A DNA stretch of 64,000 nucleotides from Thermodesulfobacteriota bacterium (GTDB lineage: Bacteria; Desulfobacterota; Desulfobulbia; Desulfobulbales; SURF-16): NCBI GenBank assembly GCA_040755455.1, contig JBFMAY010000007.1:1-64000 (forward strand), read 5' to 3'. Shown here in pieces: positions 60,284-64,000 of this stretch; the first letter of the stretch is position 1, and every line of letters begins with the position of its first letter. The notes under the pieces were generated by a model. It saw only the letters and a list, made by a program, of their open reading frames with translations. It ran no database searches and was not told the DNA's origin. The position numbers and the translations under genes are program-made.

Positions 60284-61777
60284 ATGATTGTTGTAAGCAA
60301 TAAGAAACCGAGTGAGTTTGCCGGCGATCTTCTTGTCTATTTTGTTCGCCAATCTGATAAAAAACGCCCACCGGTCTGCAGTGACAAGCTGGTGCAGGAA
60401 AGGATTGATCATGCCTTTGAGCTGGGCGATTGTCTGGGCAAAAAGGAGGAATGCCTGCTTATCTATCCTGAACGGGTTTTTGACGGGGTTCGCGCCAAAA
60501 GACTGTTAATCGTTGGATTGGGTAAAGATGAACTGAACCGGGAACTTTTCCGCCGGGCAGGCGGGGTGATTGCCCAGAAAACCCTTGCCCTGAAGGCAGA
60601 GAAGGTTTTTCTGGTTGTACCGGAAGAGCTGCCCTTTCCCGTCGTTGAGATGGCCGAATGTCTCACTGAAGGGCTGATCTTGGGCAGTTACCAGTTCAAG
60701 AAATATAAAAAGGAAGATGAAGAGGAGAAAAGCCCGGAGATAAAGAAGATCAGTCTCTTTGTCAATGATGCTTCCCAGGTTCATGCCAGGAAAGGGGTCA
60801 AACGCGGTCTTGTCGCGGCAAATGCCGGGGTTGCCGTGCGTGATATGGCCAATGAACCGGGCAATGTCTGGACGCCGCAGGCCTTTGCCGATTACGGCGA
60901 AAAGATTGCCAGGGAAGGCAACCTGGCCTGCCGGGTTATTGACCAAGATGAAATGAAACAGCTGAAGATGGGAGGAATTCTCGGGGTGAATCAGGGGTCG
61001 GCCCAGCCGCCGAAACTGGTGGTGCTCGAATACCGAACTGGCAAGAAGGCGCCAACGCTGATGCTGGTCGGCAAAGGCCTGACCTTTGATTCCGGCGGCA
61101 TATCCTTAAAGCCGGGCGAGGGCATGGGCGACATGAAATATGACATGTGCGGCGGGGCGGCTGTCATGTCTGCCATGCAAGCCATCGCTGAGGAAAAGCC
61201 CGGTCGCGTTGATGTGGTTGCCCTGGTGCCGGCCACGGAAAATATGCCTTCTTCCGCTGCCTTGAAACCGGGCGATATCATTACCCAATATGGCGGGAAA
61301 ACCGTCGAGGTTCTCAACACCGATGCCGAAGGCCGCCTTATCCTGGCCGATGCCCTGGCATATGGGGTGGAACACTACAAGCCGGATGCGGTGGTTGATG
61401 TGGCAACGTTGACCGGAGCAGTCGTTATTGGTCTTGGCCACCATCGTACAGGCCTTTTAGCCAACAATGACGAACTTGCGCAAAATGTGCTGGCAGCAGG
61501 GGAGCGGGCCGGTGAGCTGCTGTGGCGTCTGCCCCTGGCCGAGGAATACAAGGAACAGCTCAAGTCAAAGGTTGCTGATTTGAAGAACATCGGCGGCAAG
61601 CCGGGAGGCACCATTACGGCGGCAACCTTTCTTCAGGAATTTGTCGGCAAAATTCCATGGGCCCATCTTGACATTGCCGGCACAGCTTGGGATTACACGG
61701 AAAAATCATATGTGCCCAAGGGACCTTCCGGCATAGCGGCCAGGACCTTGATTGAACTGGTGCGAAGCTGGAAGTAA
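60284..61777 (+). CDS. pepA: Leucyl aminopeptidase (M17)
   Basis: VGKGLTFDSGG, MKYDM, NTDAEGRL, WAHLDIAG. Confidence 0.97.
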   Translation: MIVVSNKKPSEFAGDLLVYFVRQSDKKRPPVCSDKLVQERIDHAFELGDCLGKKEECLLIYPERVFDGVRAKRLLIVGLGKDELNRELFRRAGGVIAQKTLALKAEKVFLVVPEELPFPVVEMAECLTEGLILGSYQFKKYKKEDEEEKSPEIKKISLFVNDASQVHARKGVKRGLVAANAGVAVRDMANEPGNVWTPQAFADYGEKIAREGNLACRVIDQDEMKQLKMGGILGVNQGSAQPPKLVVLEYRTGKKAPTLMLVGKGLTFDSGGISLKPGEGMGDMKYDMCGGAAVMSAMQAIAEEKPGRVDVVALVPATENMPSSAALKPGDIITQYGGKTVEVLNTDAEGRLILADALAYGVEHYKPDAVVDVATLTGAVVIGLGHHRTGLLANNDELAQNVLAAGERAGELLWRLPLAEEYKEQLKSKVADLKNIGGKPGGTITAATFLQEFVGKIPWAHLDIAGTAWDYTEKSYVPKGPSGIAARTLIELVRSWK

Positions 61778-62303
61778 GGGCTTTGCTCTTTTTCCGGAAC
61801 CGGCCTTTGTGGTGGATCAGGTTGACAGAAGTGAATGGGGCACGGCCGTTTTCACCTTGCCGGCGTTACCGGGTTCAGGAAAATGGCACCGCCTGCCTGC
61901 ACGATAGGTGAGAATTCTCGTCCCCCTGGCCTCGCTTTTGCGCTGCCGCCCCCATTCCTTTGCCAGCCGTGGGCCAGTGTCCCCGCGGCAGAGCGTTTTA
62001 TTGCCATGGTGCTTCACATTTCGGCTGAAAAATAGTTGTCTGTTCATGGGTAAGTTGCCCGTTGTCCGGGTAAGATATCCCAAAATTTTCGTTGAGAACA
62101 TGGCTGAATTGGGGTAGATAACAGCTAGCCTGACGTTCTGTACCACCGGGTCAATATTATATCCTGTGCTGCGGGCTGAGGTTCAGCAGTTGATAAATGA
62201 AAAGCGAAAATATCTCTTGGTTTGATGATAGCTGTTTGAATCCGGAAACTTGCGGAAGATGAAAAGTTTCCATGTAATTGACAATTTGCTAAGGGAGGGG
62301 AAA

Positions 62304-62702
62304 ATGCAGAAAAACAGGATTTCCATGAGATTGTTTGGCAATCTTGCCGTGGCCGCATTTATAGTCTTGGCCGGTGCCGGTACATCCAGCGCTGCCACGG
62401 ACATGGCTGGCATGACCGATGAAGGCATTTCCTATGAAAGCGCCGCGGCCCAGAAGAGTTTTGGTGTCAAGCATGACAATCTTGCCGACATGGAGGCCGC
62501 AATGGCGGAAGGCATTGTTTATGAAGATTCTGTCGTTGCCAAGAATGAAGTGTTGATTATGCTCGACCACCGGCAGATGCTGCTGCAGGGCATGGAGGCG
62601 TGTCTCTGTGAGGACCCCACCGCAATGGTTGTTGAGAGTCAGACGGCCGGCTATAAAACACAGTCCCTTGAGTCGCAACCGGCAGCTGGGAGCGAAAAAT
62701 AA
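62304..62702 (+). CDS. Hypothetical secreted Met/acid-rich protein
   Basis: GGGAGG SD, signal peptide, internal repeat M..M.EGI.YE. Confidence 0.55.
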   Translation: MQKNRISMRLFGNLAVAAFIVLAGAGTSSAATDMAGMTDEGISYESAAAQKSFGVKHDNLADMEAAMAEGIVYEDSVVAKNEVLIMLDHRQMLLQGMEACLCEDPTAMVVESQTAGYKTQSLESQPAAGSEK

Positions 62703-62704
62703 AT

Positions 62705-62732
62705 AATCCGCCGCATGGAAGTGCGGCGGATT
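62705..62732. terminator. Hairpin between convergent genes
   Basis: AATCCGCCGCA-TGGAAG-TGCGGCGGATT. Confidence 0.6.
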
Positions 62733-62756
62733 GGCGTAGCAGATGTGGTAGTTTAT

Positions 62757-63260
62757 TCAGCAGGCGGCACAATCCTTTGTGCCGCCTTTTATTTTGTAGA
62801 TGGCATGGTGCAAGGCGGGCAGGACAACTTCAAGATTCTCCCTGGCCCCCTTTTCGCTGCCGGGGAGATTGATGATCAGGCTCTCCTTTCTGATGCCGGC
62901 GATGCCGCGGGACAGCATGGCATTGGGGGTTTTGGCCAGACTGGCCATGCGCATGGCCTCGCCGATGCCGGGGATTTCCAGATCAAGCAGAGCCCGGGTT
63001 GTCTCGGGCGTCCGGTCGGTGGGGCTCACCCCGGTGCCGCCGCTGGTGATCACCAGATCGATCCTGTCCTCATCCGCCCATTTGATCAGGGTTTCCCTGA
63101 TCAGCTCCGGCTGATCAGGGACAATGGCGTAGTCAAGCACCTGGAAACCGGCCTCAGCAAGTTGCCGCTGCAGCTGGGGGCCGCTGGTGTCGAGCCTCTC
63201 TCCCCGTGACCCCTTATCGCTGATCGTCAGAACCGCACAGGTGAAAGCGGATTTTTCCAT
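62757..63260 (-). CDS. mog: Molybdopterin adenylyltransferase MogA/MoaB
   Basis: LTISD, DTSGP, SGGTG..DRTPE, NLPGS. Confidence 0.92.
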   Translation of the reverse strand: MEKSAFTCAVLTISDKGSRGERLDTSGPQLQRQLAEAGFQVLDYAIVPDQPELIRETLIKWADEDRIDLVITSGGTGVSPTDRTPETTRALLDLEIPGIGEAMRMASLAKTPNAMLSRGIAGIRKESLIINLPGSEKGARENLEVVLPALHHAIYKIKGGTKDCAAC

Positions 63261-63269
63261 GATCGCCTG

Positions 63270-64000
63270 CTACTCCGGCTTGTTGGCTGCGGCGATGATC
63301 TTTTCCGCAATCTGGGCAGGCACCTCTTCATAATGGGAAAATTCAGCCGTGTACGTGCCCCGCCCGCCGGTAATGGAGGTGAGATTCGGGGCATATTCCA
63401 GCATCTCGGCCATGGGAACCTGGGCGGTGACGACTTCCGCGTTGCCCTGGGAATCCATGCCCATGACCCTGCCCCTTCTGCCGTTCAGATCGCCGATGAC
63501 ATCACCCACGCATTCCCCTGGCATGTAAATCGTCATGTTCATGATCGGCTCAAGCAGAACAGGGTTGGCCTCTTGGGCTGCTTTCTTGAAGGCCAGCGAG
63601 CCGGAAATCTTAAAGGCCATCTCCGATGAGTCGACTGCATGGTATGAACCGTCCACCAGGGCAACCTTGACATCCACCATGGGGTAGCCGGCAATCGCGC
63701 CCTTTTCCATGGCCTCGATAATGCCTTTTTCCACGGCGGGAATGTACTGGCGGGGGATAACGCCGCCGACGATTTTGTCTTCAAACAGGAAGCCCCCGCC
63801 TCTTTGCAGCGGCTCCATTTCAATCCAGGAATCAGCAAACTGGCCGCGGCCACCGGACTGTTTCTTGTGTTTGCCTTGGACGCGGGCCTTGCCCTTGATC
63901 GTTTCCTTGTAAGGCACTTTGGGGGCGTGCAGCCGCATTTCAACGCCGAATTTGCGTTTGATCTTGTCGCCCAGCACCTGCAAGTGGATCTGTCCCACCC
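63270..64000 (-). CDS. fusA: Elongation factor G, C-terminal part (truncated by the window edge)
   Basis: HKKQSGGRGQF, DGSYHAVDSSEMAF, LLEPIM, L.SITGGRG. Confidence 0.95.
   Translation of the reverse strand, partial: VGQIHLQVLGDKIKRKFGVEMRLHAPKVPYKETIKGKARVQGKHKKQSGGRGQFADSWIEMEPLQRGGGFLFEDKIVGGVIPRQYIPAVEKGIIEAMEKGAIAGYPMVDVKVALVDGSYHAVDSSEMAFKISGSLAFKKAAQEANPVLLEPIMNMTIYMPGECVGDVIGDLNGRRGRVMGMDSQGNAEVVTAQVPMAEMLEYAPNLTSITGGRGTYTAEFSHYEEVPAQIAEKIIAAANKPE

Overview
Bacterial chromosomal window, most consistent with a Desulfobacterota (Desulfobulbales-like) organism. This assignment is inferred from TrpB2, a gmhA-hemC-cobA/hemD operon, an OmcS-type cytochrome and a Sec-rhodanese. The first ~22 kb is a dense cyclic-nucleotide signalling island. 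It holds a pilZ / cNMP-fused PhcB-like methyltransferase / 6TM-PAS-HD-GYP operon, a second 6TM-PAS-HD-GYP paralogue, a PilZ-PAS-PAS sigma54 activator, a sigma54-driven HAMP-GGDEF plus lipoprotein pair, a large lectin/Ig adhesin behind a sigma54 promoter and a c-di-GMP-I riboswitch, and a divergent cNMP-GAF plus acyl-CoA carboxylase operon. The best candidate for an undescribed system is a Phc-type (fatty-acid methyl ester) quorum-sensing circuit wired directly to c-di-GMP hydrolysis and adhesin control. Other notable items: an AmmeMemoRadiSam cluster whose proteins carry export signals; a DUF6600 protein with 72-bp tandem repeats; a ~440-bp direct duplication of the hemD 3' end around a flippase gene; a decayed integron-cassette array (attC sites, a 129-bp MITE in a core site, a group IIC intron remnant); an OmcS-like multiheme cytochrome; a UGA-recoded triple-rhodanese selenolipoprotein split by the ORF track; and an orphan RelE-like protein with a four-Cys insert. 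The rest is housekeeping (dacB, trpB2, fumC, perR-katA, nadC, ubiB, pepA, mog, partial fusA). No database searches were run; family assignments come from motif recognition.
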